Shown here in pieces: positions 8,476 to 18,667 of a stretch of DNA of 64,000 nucleotides. The stretch is from Candidatus Doudnabacteria bacterium (GTDB lineage Bacteria; Patescibacteriota; JAQUNI01), in NCBI GenBank assembly GCA_041644975.1, contig JBAZQX010000005.1, positions 13,068 through 77,067 on the forward strand, in the 5' to 3' direction. The notes under the pieces are model-generated. The model was not told the DNA's origin, searched no databases, and saw only the letters and a program-made list of their open reading frames with translations. The position numbers and the translations under genes are program-made. Numbering within the stretch: position 1 is the first letter of the stretch; every line of letters begins with the position of its first letter.

Positions 8476-9186
8476 ATGACCATCAAAAAGAAAACCTGGC
8501 CAGCGTATTTTGAAAAAGTCGCGAGCGGCAAAAAGAAATTTGATTTGCGCTTAGCGGATTTCAAAATCAAAGAAGGTGATATTTTAATCTTGGAAGAATG
8601 GGATCCTAAAACTCAAAAATACACCGGGCGCAAGATTAAAACGCGCGCGACCTATGTCTTGAAAACAAAAGACTTGCCTTTCCATTCAAAAGCAGAAATC
8701 AAAAAATACGGTCTGCAGGTAATTCAAATTGAACTTACTAAAACGCAAAATCTTGCGTCTTCACATCATTATTTCCCCCGCGGCGTAGAAATAGTCAATG
8801 TCGCGATTATCAAAAATAAAAAAGGTGAAATCCTGATTGCCCGCTCGCCCAAATGGTCAAACAAATGGACTCTCCCCGGCGGCCATTTGGAGCCCGACGA
8901 AAATCTCTTAGCTAGCGCGCAAAGAGAGGCGGAAGAAGAAACAGGTCTCAAAGTAAAACCAGTTAAGATCATTGATTTCAATGAGCTTATTAACTCTCCA
9001 GATTTTCACCGTCCCAGCCACTTTGTTTATTATGATTGTCTCTTTGAATTTGTCAGGGGCAAACTGAAATTAGAAAAACACGAATTATCTGAAGCCAAGT
9101 GGGTGCTGCCAGAAAAGGCGTTAAAACTTGACTTAGCTGACGGCTGTCGCAAAAGTATTCAGAATTATCTAAAATTAAAGATATAG
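8476..9186 (+). CDS. ASCH-like (DUF3850) domain fused to NUDIX hydrolase
   Basis: N-terminal WPAYFEKVASGKKKFDLRLADF...GDILIL (DUF3850/ASCH). C-terminal Nudix box GGHLEPDENLLASAQREAEEETGL. Confidence 0.7.
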   Translation: MTIKKKTWPAYFEKVASGKKKFDLRLADFKIKEGDILILEEWDPKTQKYTGRKIKTRATYVLKTKDLPFHSKAEIKKYGLQVIQIELTKTQNLASSHHYFPRGVEIVNVAIIKNKKGEILIARSPKWSNKWTLPGGHLEPDENLLASAQREAEEETGLKVKPVKIIDFNELINSPDFHRPSHFVYYDCLFEFVRGKLKLEKHELSEAKWVLPEKALKLDLADGCRKSIQNYLKLKI

Positions 9187-9213
9187 TAGAGACAGGTTTT
9201 AAACCTGTCTCTA
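9186..9213. repeat. palindromic repeat family 1 (GTAGAGACAGGTTTTAAACCTGTCTCTA)
   Basis: Perfect hairpin. Its first base is the last base of the Nudix stop TAG. Confidence 0.85.
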
Positions 9214-9293
9214 AAACTATTGCCTTTTTATCTTCATAATGTTATAATACAAACATAAGTAGGGTTTTTCTCAAAAGTGGTATTTATAAAGTA

Positions 9294-9319
9294 GTAGAGA
9301 CGTAAAATTTTGCGTCTCT
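9294..9319. repeat. palindromic repeat family 1 variant
   Basis: gtagagacgtaaaattttgcgtctct. Confidence 0.75.
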
Positions 9320-9389
9320 GGAAATAAAAGACCTCAAGTGAGAAGTTAAGTCGTCCTACAAAAATTTAATCAAGCAAAACAATCTCAAA

Positions 9390-9731
9390 ATGGCAAAAAA
9401 ATTATACGTCGGTGGTTTGTCCTACAATACCACTGAGGAAACCTTGAAGGATTTCTTTTCTCAAGCAGGCGCGGTAGAATCAGCGATGATTATCACAGAC
9501 AAAATGTCTGGCCGCTCCAAGGGATTCGGATTCGTGGAAATGGTAAGCGACGAAGACGCGCAGAAAGCGGTTGAAACTTTAAATGGCCAAGAGTTGGACG
9601 GACGCAGCCTAAGAATAGATGAAGCAAGACCAATGAGCGATCGGCCTCGGAGAAGCGGCGGCGGCTTTGGTGGTGGACGCGGAGACGACAGAGGCGGATA
9701 TGGCGGCGGCAACAGAGACCGTGGTTGGTAA
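9390..9731 (+). CDS. RRM-domain RNA-binding protein with RGG/glycine-rich tail
   Basis: RNP-1 KGFGFVEM and RNP-2 LYVGGL. C-terminal GGGFGGGRGDDRGGYGGG. Confidence 0.85.
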   Translation: MAKKLYVGGLSYNTTEETLKDFFSQAGAVESAMIITDKMSGRSKGFGFVEMVSDEDAQKAVETLNGQELDGRSLRIDEARPMSDRPRRSGGGFGGGRGDDRGGYGGGNRDRGW

Positions 9732-9754
9732 TCTATTAGAACTTCAATAAGATA

Positions 9755-9790
9755 AAAAATCTTGTCCCTCGCGAGGGACAAGATTTTTGT
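9755..9790 (+). terminator. rho-independent terminator
   Basis: aaaaatcttgtccctcgcgagggacaagattttt. Perfect GC stem plus T-run. Confidence 0.75.
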
Positions 9791-9812
9791 TACTCCTTCC
9801 CTTTTAATTTTT

Positions 9813-12797
9813 TTATTTATTGCTTAATTTGGCGAATAAAAAAAATAAAGTAATAAACAGCAAGCCCATTAGAAACGGCGCTGATGATGAAATTAAATTC
9901 CGCTTGCCGGGCTTGAATCTTTTCAGTAAAAGAGAATTAGACACAACCGAAACCGAACTCAAAGCCATTGCCAGCCCGGCTAACTCCGGCTTTAAAATGA
10001 GTCCCGCCCAGGCCAACATTCGAGCCGCGATAGGAATACCAACAATATTATAAAACAAGGCGAAAAACATATTCTGCTTGATTTTAGACACTGTCGCGCG
10101 GCTTAAATCAATGGCTGTCAAAACACTTCTCAAATCGTTTTTAACAATAACAATACCGCCGGTTTCCATTGCCACATCAGCGCCCGAACCCATTGCCACG
10201 CCCAAATCCGCCTGCGCTAAGGCCGGAGCGTCATTGATGCCGTCGCCCACAAAAGCGACAGAACGCTTGCGCGGAGAATTTTTAATTTTTTCTCTGTAAT
10301 CTTCAATTCGTTTCCAATCCGTGATTTTTAATGACGACACCTTAACTCCTTTTTGCAAAAGTTCAACAACTATAGCCTTGTGTTGCGGCAAAACTTCGGC
10401 TAAAACATTTTTAATACCCGCTTGCTTGGCTATTGCCTCGGCGGTTCGGCGATTATCACCGGTAATCATAAAGGTTATTAAACCGCGCTTATGCAAGGCG
10501 CTCACCGTGTCTACGGCGCTTTCTTTAATAATGTCCGCCACTGCCACAATACCTAAAATTTCTTTGTCCGTTGACAAAATCATCGTTGTTTTTCCCTGCT
10601 CCTCCAAGCGCCGCGCTTTTCGTTCAATATTTTCCACATTTAACCCGACAACATCGGCCATTAGTTTGCGATTGCCAAAATAATATTTTTGCCCATCAAT
10701 TTCGCCTTCAACACCGTGTCCGGGAATAGCTCTAAAACCAGCCACCTCTTTTATAAGCGCGGATTCTTCTTGCGCGTATTTAACTATAGCTTCAGCCAAT
10801 GGATGCTCGGACATTTTTTCTAAACTGGCGGCTATGCCGAGCGCTTCATCTTCATCGCCAAACCCGATGCCAATTATATCAGTCACTTGGGGTTTGCCCT
10901 GAGTTAAAGTGCCAGTTTTATCAAAAACAATCATCTTTATTTTGCAGGCAGCTTCCAGCGGCTCGCCCCCTTTAATTAAAATCCCTTGCTCCGCTCCCTT
11001 ACCAGTCCCAACCATAATAGCGGTTGGAGTGGCTAATCCCAAGGCGCACGGGCAAGCGATCACAATCACAGCGGTAAAAGCCATCAAAGCAAAAGCCAAG
11101 TTTGAACCAAGCAGAAAAAACCAAACAAGAAAAGTCAAAACAGCGATACCAAGCACAATCGGCACAAAGCGACTGGAAATTTTATCCGCAAACATCTGAA
11201 TAGGCGCTTTGGAACCCTGGGCGTCTTCAATAAACCGGATAATTTGAGCTAAAGCGGTTTCTTTACCCACCCTGGTCGCTCTAAATTCAAAACTGCCGTG
11301 TTTATTCATAGTAGCGCCAATAACAACATCTCCGACATTTTTTTCCACTGGTATGCTTTCCCCGGTAAGCATTGATTCGTCCACTGAAGAATTGCCCTTG
11401 ACAATTTCGCCGTCAACCGGTATTTTTTCGCCAGGCCGAACCAACACTATGTCTCCCTTTACCACCTGCTCAATCGGAATATCTTCCTGCTTGCCGTCAC
11501 GAAAAACGCGGGCGGTTTTTGGCTGAAGGCCCATTAGTTTTTTAATGGCTTCAGAAGTTTTTCCCTTGGCTTTGGCTTCAAGCCATTTGCCCAAAAGCAC
11601 AAATGAAATTAGAAAAGCCGCTGTTTCAAAATATAAATCAGGTATTTTTTCCCCCATCAAACCAATTAAACTGCCCTTAGAAAAAACATAGCTAAGATAA
11701 GCGAACAAACTGTAAAAAAACGCCGCACTTGTACCAATGGCAATCAAACTGTCCATATTGAATGTTTTCATCCGCAAACTACTCCACGTTCCCTTGTAAA
11801 ACCCGAAACCAATAATGAATTGCACAGGTAAAGTCAAAAGCAAAGAAATAATGCCGATGTATGGCATAACCGCCTTGCCCGGCAAGAAAGGCAAAAATTC
11901 CAGAAGCATAAAATAAAACATCGGCAAGCTCAAGCCGAGTCCCCACAAAAACTTCTTCCAATAATTTTTTATTTCTTTAACTCTTCTTATTTTCTCCGCT
12001 TCAGGGTGGTCTGAACGGTATAGTTCCGCTCTATAACCCGCTTTTTTGACAACATCTAACAAAGCGGCTAAATTAGTCAGCGAACTGTCATAAATTACAC
12101 GCGCTCTGGCTGAAGCAAAATTGACATTGGCTGAAATAATCCCCGGCGCTTTCCGCAGGGCCTTTTCTATCAAGCCGGCGCAAGAAGAACAATGCATACC
12201 ATCTATACTTAATTGCGCTTGTTCTTCCTTTTTCTTAGCCGACAATGGAGGTGAAGCAACCGAAACCGCCTGGCTAGGATATAAAACCAAATCAGCGGCA
12301 TCTTGCTCCGAAGGGCCAAGCAAACGAAAAAGTTTGCCTATGTTGACGGAGCGCAAAAGATTATCCGCCAACTGCTCTATGTTTTTTTGGCCCTGTGGAA
12401 CTTCAATTTCTCCTCTGCGCTGGCGCTTGATTTTGCCTTGAAAATTCGGCTGATTGCCGCTATGACCAAAATTACCTTCTGCTTCCGTAGAGGACTCAAG
12501 CCGAATCTTCAAAGGCGAATTGCTGTCAATCTTTTTTTTTAGCCAAATTGAAGTTGATGATTCTCGCTGGATTTCTTTTGGCTCACGGCCTGTTATTTCC
12601 GCTTCGTAGCCGGCCTTCTTAACCGCCTCTATCAGTAAAGCGTCAGAAACATTTTCATCCGCTTTTACCTCTCCTTTACCCAAAGCGTAATCCACTTTGG
12701 CATATTTCACGCCAGTCAAAGAAGACAGTTCAGCCTCTACGAGTTTTTTGCAAGAAGCGCAATGCATGCCATGAATTTTCAGAATAATTTTTTGCAT
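9813..12797 (-). CDS. copA: copper-translocating P1B-type ATPase with two N-terminal HMA domains
   Basis: Two GMHCxSC metal-binding motifs. CPC in TM6, [15 protein letters not shown]. Confidence 0.9.
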   Translation of the reverse strand: MQKIILKIHGMHCASCKKLVEAELSSLTGVKYAKVDYALGKGEVKADENVSDALLIEAVKKAGYEAEITGREPKEIQRESSTSIWLKKKIDSNSPLKIRLESSTEAEGNFGHSGNQPNFQGKIKRQRRGEIEVPQGQKNIEQLADNLLRSVNIGKLFRLLGPSEQDAADLVLYPSQAVSVASPPLSAKKKEEQAQLSIDGMHCSSCAGLIEKALRKAPGIISANVNFASARARVIYDSSLTNLAALLDVVKKAGYRAELYRSDHPEAEKIRRVKEIKNYWKKFLWGLGLSLPMFYFMLLEFLPFLPGKAVMPYIGIISLLLTLPVQFIIGFGFYKGTWSSLRMKTFNMDSLIAIGTSAAFFYSLFAYLSYVFSKGSLIGLMGEKIPDLYFETAAFLISFVLLGKWLEAKAKGKTSEAIKKLMGLQPKTARVFRDGKQEDIPIEQVVKGDIVLVRPGEKIPVDGEIVKGNSSVDESMLTGESIPVEKNVGDVVIGATMNKHGSFEFRATRVGKETALAQIIRFIEDAQGSKAPIQMFADKISSRFVPIVLGIAVLTFLVWFFLLGSNLAFALMAFTAVIVIACPCALGLATPTAIMVGTGKGAEQGILIKGGEPLEAACKIKMIVFDKTGTLTQGKPQVTDIIGIGFGDEDEALGIAASLEKMSEHPLAEAIVKYAQEESALIKEVAGFRAIPGHGVEGEIDGQKYYFGNRKLMADVVGLNVENIERKARRLEEQGKTTMILSTDKEILGIVAVADIIKESAVDTVSALHKRGLITFMITGDNRRTAEAIAKQAGIKNVLAEVLPQHKAIVVELLQKGVKVSSLKITDWKRIEDYREKIKNSPRKRSVAFVGDGINDAPALAQADLGVAMGSGADVAMETGGIVIVKNDLRSVLTAIDLSRATVSKIKQNMFFALFYNIVGIPIAARMLAWAGLILKPELAGLAMALSSVSVVSNSLLLKRFKPGKRNLISSSAPFLMGLLFITLFFLFAKLSNK

Positions 12798-12849
12798 ATT
12801 ATTACAAAATTATTTTTTAAGAAGGTTAAAATTAAATTTTCATATTTTT

Positions 12850-13722
12850 TTATTGTGATTCCACTACAATCATACCAGAGATCATCCCCATCCAACAACT
12901 AAATTGATATTTTCCTGGTGTTGTTGGGGTGAATTCTTTCACGCTTACTTGACCAGGAGTAAGACTAATCTGGCCGGTAAATAAACCATTGGCAATAATA
13001 GCATTTGTGCAACCGCTTGTACCCGTGTCGGTAATTTCCCATCTTACCGGAATCCCTGCTTTTAGCTTAAAATAATTTGGTTCATACCCCGACGAAGATG
13101 CATCCATCTTGATAATTTGCTTAGTGGGGGTTGGAGGAGGAACGGTCTCTGTTTTTATTCCCCCATTCTGATTATTTGGTATAGAAGGTTGAGGTGGAGA
13201 TTGGGTTGGGTTTCGACCCTGATATTGATCGCCAGCGATTTGATCTTGGTTATTTGTGGTTCCTTTATTTGGTAGTACGACGTTGCCATTATCTATCTGC
13301 GGAGATTTAGGTTGTGCTGGAGGTGTGGAGTAATTAGAATCTTTATTTTGACTTCCTAAGGTTTGATTGTTTTGCAAAGGACAACCAAGTAAATCTTGCA
13401 ATTCTTCAAATGTTCTGTAACCCTCATAAACCTGTCCATTAATGGCAAATGCGGGAACACCTGTAAATTTATGCTTTACAGGGCCAATAGCAGCATTGAT
13501 TTTATTTATTTTAATTCCCAGAGCTTCAATTTTATTAATTGTTCCTTCTCCCTTTACTCTGTTGCACCATTCGCATTGGTTAAGATAATAGAATGTTATT
13601 TCTTTCGTCTTACATTGGGGTGCTGCGTTTAACTGGGAATTTGATTTTTTGGATTTAGTTAAAATCCAAATTCCACCCCCCAAAATTATAATCACTGTAA
13701 AAATTAGAATAATTTTTTTCAT
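12850..13722 (-). CDS. membrane-anchored thioredoxin-like (CxxC) protein with C-terminal cupredoxin-like putative metal-binding domain
   Basis: N-terminal TM. CEWC motif in a glutaredoxin-like segment. Pro/Gln-rich linker. The C-terminal domain YxPNYFKLKAGIPVRWEITDTGTSGCTN...FSCWMGM is duplicated in the gene at 14372-16093. Confidence 0.55.
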   Translation of the reverse strand: MKKIILIFTVIIILGGGIWILTKSKKSNSQLNAAPQCKTKEITFYYLNQCEWCNRVKGEGTINKIEALGIKINKINAAIGPVKHKFTGVPAFAINGQVYEGYRTFEELQDLLGCPLQNNQTLGSQNKDSNYSTPPAQPKSPQIDNGNVVLPNKGTTNNQDQIAGDQYQGRNPTQSPPQPSIPNNQNGGIKTETVPPPTPTKQIIKMDASSSGYEPNYFKLKAGIPVRWEITDTGTSGCTNAIIANGLFTGQISLTPGQVSVKEFTPTTPGKYQFSCWMGMISGMIVVESQ

Positions 13723-13725
13723 TTT

Positions 13726-14235
13726 TTACTTGGTTATGAAATAAAAACTTAAACTAAATATCAAAAGTACTCCAATGGCAATTAGCACTTTCTGGTGCGA
13801 AAGGTAAATTTTTCCTTGATTTCGTTTTCTTAGGAATTTATCCAGATACGGAGCAATTATAAGTAATATACTTCCCAAAATTATTCCGAAAATAATTTTG
13901 TTGATTCCCAAAATAGTATTATAAGCATTAAAAAATTTTGACCAGAATAGAGAAAGGAAAACCATAAGGTAAGAAAATAAGGCAACAACAAATAGTTGCA
14001 ATGGAATTCGTTTATTCCACTTTTTTAGAAAATTATTAATAAGTATCACGCTTGAAAGGGTAAATCCCCCAAGCCAAAGACCGACAATGGTGTCATCCAC
14101 TCCCAGCCAACGGAATAGACCTGTAAAAGCTCCTGTTGCTATTATGCATAATGGGCAAAATGCAAATGCTTTAAGAGGCAGCGATAAAAGCATCAAAACT
14201 GGTAAAACATAAATGACTAAATAGCCTTTCTTCAT
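13726..14235 (-). CDS. small polytopic membrane protein with FCPLC motif
   Basis: Four predicted TM helices; Cys pair in TM1. No family recognised. Confidence 0.5.
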   Translation of the reverse strand: MKKGYLVIYVLPVLMLLSLPLKAFAFCPLCIIATGAFTGLFRWLGVDDTIVGLWLGGFTLSSVILINNFLKKWNKRIPLQLFVVALFSYLMVFLSLFWSKFFNAYNTILGINKIIFGIILGSILLIIAPYLDKFLRKRNQGKIYLSHQKVLIAIGVLLIFSLSFYFITK

Positions 14236-14371
14236 CTTTATTGTTTGCTTAATAATCCGTCAATGGTTTGCCCAAAGGTGTCATATGGCAGGGCTCCGCT
14301 AATTAGCTGGCCATTGATATCGGACATTGGATAGGAACCTTCCTTAGTTATGTCAGTCTTGAACGGCTCTA

Positions 14372-16093
14372 TCATTGCGCTCCACAACTTGTGCCACTCC
14401 CGCCACAACCACATCCCTTAGCTCCAGAAGGAATAATCTGATTATTATCTGTCGCAGAGCCAGGAACAGAAGGTTGTGAATTTACCCCCTGATCCACAAC
14501 CTCAATCACTCCCGATACCATTCCCATCCAGCAACTAAATTTGTATTTCCCGGACTTTGTGGGTGTGAATTCCTTAATGCTTATCTTCCCAGGGGTTAAA
14601 TTAATTTGGCCATCAAATAGACCTCGGGAAATAACGGCATTTGTGCAGCCACTTGTGCCAGTATCTGTGATTTCCCACCTTACGGGCACCCCAGATTTTA
14701 CCTTGAAATAATTTGGTTTATATCCAGAAGAAGACGCATCCATTTTGATAACTTGTTTGCCATTAACCAAAGGTGGTAGTCCGCTATCGCTGCTAGAGGC
14801 ACTCGTAGATTGGGAAGAAGTAGCTTTTACATCACTAAAACTAAAAAATCCCAAGACATTCATTTGGGAATTAATATTATAAAAAGCAAAAAATAAAACC
14901 AAAACACCCGCGACCTTAAGGAACTTTTCTGACCGCCCTGGTTTTTGAAAAAATTTCACGCTTGATAAACCGATGGTTAGTAGCATTGGTAATGTCCCAA
15001 GCGCGAAAAAGAGCATAATTAATCCTCCTTGAATGGGGTTTCCCGATATCAGGGCAATGCTTTGAGCAGTAATAGTGAAACCGCAGGGCAAGAAAAAAGT
15101 AAAAGCTCCCATTAAAAAAGGCATATAACGTCCTTGGAAATTTTTTTCATCAGCCACATATCTGGTGATGAATTTTGGCATTGTAAACTGAAACCTGCGC
15201 AAGGCCTTTACGCCCAACATTTGCAAAGCCAGCACGAACATCATTAAGGAAACTGCTAAGACGAGGACAGAGGTAAATTTGAGCGATAATTGTAATTTAC
15301 TACCCACTGCACCCAGTACTGCGCCTAAAATCGTATAAGAAATGATCCTACCGATATTGAACATCAAATGAGGTCGAAGTTTTGTGAAAAACGAATCCTT
15401 TTCTGAATATGCTTCCAGCCATTGTTTGGACATTGAAAGGACCAAACCGCCTACGAGCGCTGCACAACTTGAGACTCCGGCCAAAATACCGAAAACAAAA
15501 AAAGCAGGCAAAGAAGATGAAGAGTTAATATTAATCAACCCCGATAAGCCTGATTTTTTTAAAATTAGAAAACCGATAATAAGAAGGAGGGCGGCTCCAG
15601 CGATCGTGAAAAAATCTTTTACTTTTGATCCCTTTGCCTCTATGGGTTGGTCAAAAAAAATATAGTTGTCTTTTTGAAAAATTTTATTTAACTTTTCTGC
15701 TGAAGATCTTTCACCGGTATATTTAATAAACACTTGGCCTTTGTTAGTTGACGCTTCTACAGCTTCTATTGAAGGCAAACTTAATAACTTTTTTTCAATC
15801 AAAATTTCACAAGAAGCGCAATGCATTCCTTGAACAAAGTATACGTGTTCCTGACTAGTACTTTTTGCTGAAACAGCAGATTTTTCTCTAATAACATATC
15901 CCAATTTCTGAATTGCTTCAAAAATTTTATCTTGAAAAATTATTGTATCATCAAATTCTACCCGAGTTTCCCCACTTGCCTCATTAATATTGATATCTTT
16001 AACACCTTTTAAGACATCAACTTTTGTTTCAACTAGACTTTTATCATTAGGAGAATGAATACCCTCAATGTGGATTTTTATTGTTTTCAACAT
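14372..16093 (-). CDS. HMA domain - DsbD_2-like membrane domain - cupredoxin-like domain protein with Cys-rich tail
   Basis: GMHCASCEILIEKKL (HMA). TM Cys motifs SSCAALVGG and FLPCGFT (DsbD_2/CcdA-like). C-terminal domain about 85% identical to that of 12850-13722. Tail GCGCGGSGTSCG. Confidence 0.6.
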   Translation of the reverse strand: MLKTIKIHIEGIHSPNDKSLVETKVDVLKGVKDININEASGETRVEFDDTIIFQDKIFEAIQKLGYVIREKSAVSAKSTSQEHVYFVQGMHCASCEILIEKKLLSLPSIEAVEASTNKGQVFIKYTGERSSAEKLNKIFQKDNYIFFDQPIEAKGSKVKDFFTIAGAALLLIIGFLILKKSGLSGLININSSSSLPAFFVFGILAGVSSCAALVGGLVLSMSKQWLEAYSEKDSFFTKLRPHLMFNIGRIISYTILGAVLGAVGSKLQLSLKFTSVLVLAVSLMMFVLALQMLGVKALRRFQFTMPKFITRYVADEKNFQGRYMPFLMGAFTFFLPCGFTITAQSIALISGNPIQGGLIMLFFALGTLPMLLTIGLSSVKFFQKPGRSEKFLKVAGVLVLFFAFYNINSQMNVLGFFSFSDVKATSSQSTSASSSDSGLPPLVNGKQVIKMDASSSGYKPNYFKVKSGVPVRWEITDTGTSGCTNAVISRGLFDGQINLTPGKISIKEFTPTKSGKYKFSCWMGMVSGVIEVVDQGVNSQPSVPGSATDNNQIIPSGAKGCGCGGSGTSCGAQ

Positions 16094-16233
16094 AAAGATT
16101 GATTATTTAAAATTATCTACTACAGAGTATAGTAGGTAATCAAATCTCCGTCAAGAAGGAGTTATCCACAGCCTAAAATATTTCAAAAATATCAAGGGAA
16201 ATAAATTAAAATACCCATTTTTTTAAAAGGGCT

Positions 16234-17274
16234 TCATTCCATTCCTTGGCAAGAATGTTTATCTGAACGATTAGCCATTTTACAAATATTCCCCTCACCC
16301 ATATTGCATTGATTTATCTGGGGCTGGCCGGATGAGCAAGAAAAATTAGCAGGGCTGGTTAAAACAGATGATTTTGAGTGAAGGATAACATTAAAGACAA
16401 AAAAGAATAGAAAAATAAAGGCAATATTTAGAATCAATTTGGGGGTGAAAGTTTTTATCTGCGGCGAATAATCATTATCTGCTAATTTATTTATTCTTTC
16501 GTCTAGGACAGCGCCGAAGAAAGGAACCGCTAACTTATTTTGCAAAATAAGTTGCTTTTGCCACCCCATCACTTTGTACAAAGCTTGGATTAGGGGTATT
16601 TTATTCCGGAAACCATTTGTAGCATATTCGTCAGCCGCCAATTCGGATAAGATTGAATATTGTTTGGATAATGATTTGAGACCAGGTATGAAGAATAGAA
16701 TTTTATTAAGAATTTTAATAAAAAATAATTTAATTGGATCATAAACAGAAAGATGATATTGCTCATGCAATAAAACAGCGGTTAATTCACTTGTGGATAA
16801 TTTCTGTATCAAGGCAGTGGAGATGCAAATTTTTGGTCTGAAAAAATTAAAACAAAAGATAAACGATCCTCGGGTCTTAGTTTCAATAATTTTATTTTCT
16901 AAATTGACAGATTGGGCGACCCTTTTTAATTTGGGTGAGAGGACTAATTTTTTGTTTTTAAGGCTCATTGCGATAAATTGCTTAGTTGCTTTATTTGTTT
17001 TGATAAGGATTGTGATTAAAAAAAACAAGAGCGTTAATATCCCTATTCCCGCAAAAATTAAAGAAGAAAAAATGAAAGGGTGATTTGCGAAAGAGAGATG
17101 ATGAGTGCAGCCGCAACTTGCTTGAAGACGGCCTAGAAAAGACTGCCAAATTAAGAGTAGTTTAGGATAAAGGTTCCATCCCAATATCAAAAAGAGAGCC
17201 AGAAAGGTGAAACCCAAGCCCAAGAATTGATAGAAAATTTTTTTGTTTTTTCTTTGATAATAATGTGTGTCCAC
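16234..17274 (-). CDS. BlaR1/MecR1-like M56 family metallopeptidase signal transducer
   Basis: Polytopic protein with HEQYHLSVYDP (HExxH in the M56 context). C-terminal Cys-rich extracytoplasmic tail CSSGQPQINQCNMGEGNIC...HSC. Confidence 0.65.
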   Translation of the reverse strand: MDTHYYQRKNKKIFYQFLGLGFTFLALFLILGWNLYPKLLLIWQSFLGRLQASCGCTHHLSFANHPFIFSSLIFAGIGILTLLFFLITILIKTNKATKQFIAMSLKNKKLVLSPKLKRVAQSVNLENKIIETKTRGSFIFCFNFFRPKICISTALIQKLSTSELTAVLLHEQYHLSVYDPIKLFFIKILNKILFFIPGLKSLSKQYSILSELAADEYATNGFRNKIPLIQALYKVMGWQKQLILQNKLAVPFFGAVLDERINKLADNDYSPQIKTFTPKLILNIAFIFLFFFVFNVILHSKSSVLTSPANFSCSSGQPQINQCNMGEGNICKMANRSDKHSCQGME

Positions 17275-17280
17275 GGCTTT

Positions 17281-17667
17281 TTATTTTATTTTTTTTAGTT
17301 TAAGCCGCCAATTTTCCAAATTTTTCAAATCGCTTGTCTCTACAACATCAATAAATTGCGCCACAGCCACTTCACCGAAAGATTTAATTAAATCGTTAAT
17401 CGCCCTTCTAGAAACAGAGGCCGCGAAATCATCCCTGTTCTGGCTTGGCCAATAGATATAAGCGCCATCCTGTCCCTGTTTTCGTTTAAGGATTTTTTTA
17501 TTGGATAGCCGTAACATTACAGTCATCACGGTGGTGTAAGCGATCTTTTTCTTTTTTCTTAATTTCTCCACCACTTCCCGAACGGAGACATTGCTATTAG
17601 ACCAGACTATATCCATAATTTCCGCTTCCAACGCACCCAACGACCATTTAAGCTTATTTTTTTTCAT
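17281..17667 (-). CDS. BlaI/MecI/CopY family transcriptional repressor
   Basis: Winged-helix penicillinase-repressor fold of about 128 aa (YTTVMTVMLRLSNKKIL). Immediately upstream of the M56 gene. Confidence 0.8.
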   Translation of the reverse strand: MKKNKLKWSLGALEAEIMDIVWSNSNVSVREVVEKLRKKKKIAYTTVMTVMLRLSNKKILKRKQGQDGAYIYWPSQNRDDFAASVSRRAINDLIKSFGEVAVAQFIDVVETSDLKNLENWRLKLKKIK

Positions 17668-17688
17668 AAATTTGATTATAATAATCTA

Positions 17689-17701
17689 CTACATATTGTA
17701 G
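17689..17701. promoter_or_regulatory. candidate CopY/BlaI operator (CTACA-tat-TGTAG, cop-box-like TACAnnTGTA)
   Basis: Inverted repeat 20 nt upstream of the repressor start codon. Confidence 0.4.
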
Positions 17702-17914
17702 CAAAATTTTTTGAGAGTTGCAAATAGACTATACATATAGGTTACATTATAATCTCAAAGGCTAACTAAATCCGTGTCAAGGGTATCCTTTAAAAATATC
17801 GACAAAAATCAAAATGTATATTAGGATAATAATGCTCTTTTCTAATAGCCATTATAATGTTTAATTTAAATTAGGCTCAAATTGAATTGAACTTATCGAA
17901 AAGGAGAGAGAAAG

Positions 17915-18592
17915 ATGGTTGAAGTTAAAAATGGACTAGGTTATGGTTCTATTGTTCCTGACGGACAAATCGTCTTTTTCAGAGACGAAAGGAAGGGACC
18001 TTTCACCCAAGGCGCAGAATTATTCTGGCCCGAAGAAAAAATAGTATTGCATGATTTGTTGGAAAAGGAAAAAGACAAGCAGAGCGAACCCAAGAAACGC
18101 GTGAAAAATAAGTTAAAGATAATCTGCGTGATTCCCTTAGACTCCGAAGTGTGGTCAATATTAAGCGCGTCGGATTTAGCAGAAAACAAAACAGGTTGGC
18201 AAGATCTCTTTTTGGCAGTCTTGCAAGCTGGGGTGATCTTCGGGATTGACAAAGCGATCGGGTTTTACGGTCGTCACGTTTCAGAAGAAAGATACCAACT
18301 AGGCGATACTGTGAGAGAGGAGGATATTGTCTTTCTGGTTTCTGATATTGACGGCAATGAAGTTCAGATCCTTCTGCCAAATCAAAGTATCCCGAAGGAA
18401 AACTGGTCTATAGCAAGCAGTGTTATTATCCCGGAAAGAGCTATTGAGCTCTTCCAAAATAATATTGGATTACCGATTTCGCAACTACTCCTCTTAATCC
18501 TTCAAATAGGCGAAAATTTCGGATTCGGGGAACAATGCATTTTAAATAGCTACTTTAGAGCCAATAACCCAGTATTAGGACTCGGTTTCTAA
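17915..18592 (+). CDS. hypothetical protein (no recognised domain)
   Basis: 225 aa ORF followed by a hairpin terminator (gactcggtttctaaaatatctgcaccgagtctttttt). Confidence 0.5.
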   Translation: MVEVKNGLGYGSIVPDGQIVFFRDERKGPFTQGAELFWPEEKIVLHDLLEKEKDKQSEPKKRVKNKLKIICVIPLDSEVWSILSASDLAENKTGWQDLFLAVLQAGVIFGIDKAIGFYGRHVSEERYQLGDTVREEDIVFLVSDIDGNEVQILLPNQSIPKENWSIASSVIIPERAIELFQNNIGLPISQLLLLILQIGENFGFGEQCILNSYFRANNPVLGLGF

Positions 18593-18667
18593 AATATCTG
18601 CACCGAGTCTTTTTTATTTTAAAGGGAAATAAAACTAAGCCAAAATACTAGTGATTTTTTGCAAAAA

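Noticed and set aside
9820-12542. Several 70-120-aa plus-strand ORFs (9820-10053, 10078-10299, 10321-10683, 10909-11199, 12121-12441, 12303-12542)
   Set aside because: All lie antisense to copA and have no motifs; typical antisense artefacts in a long gene.
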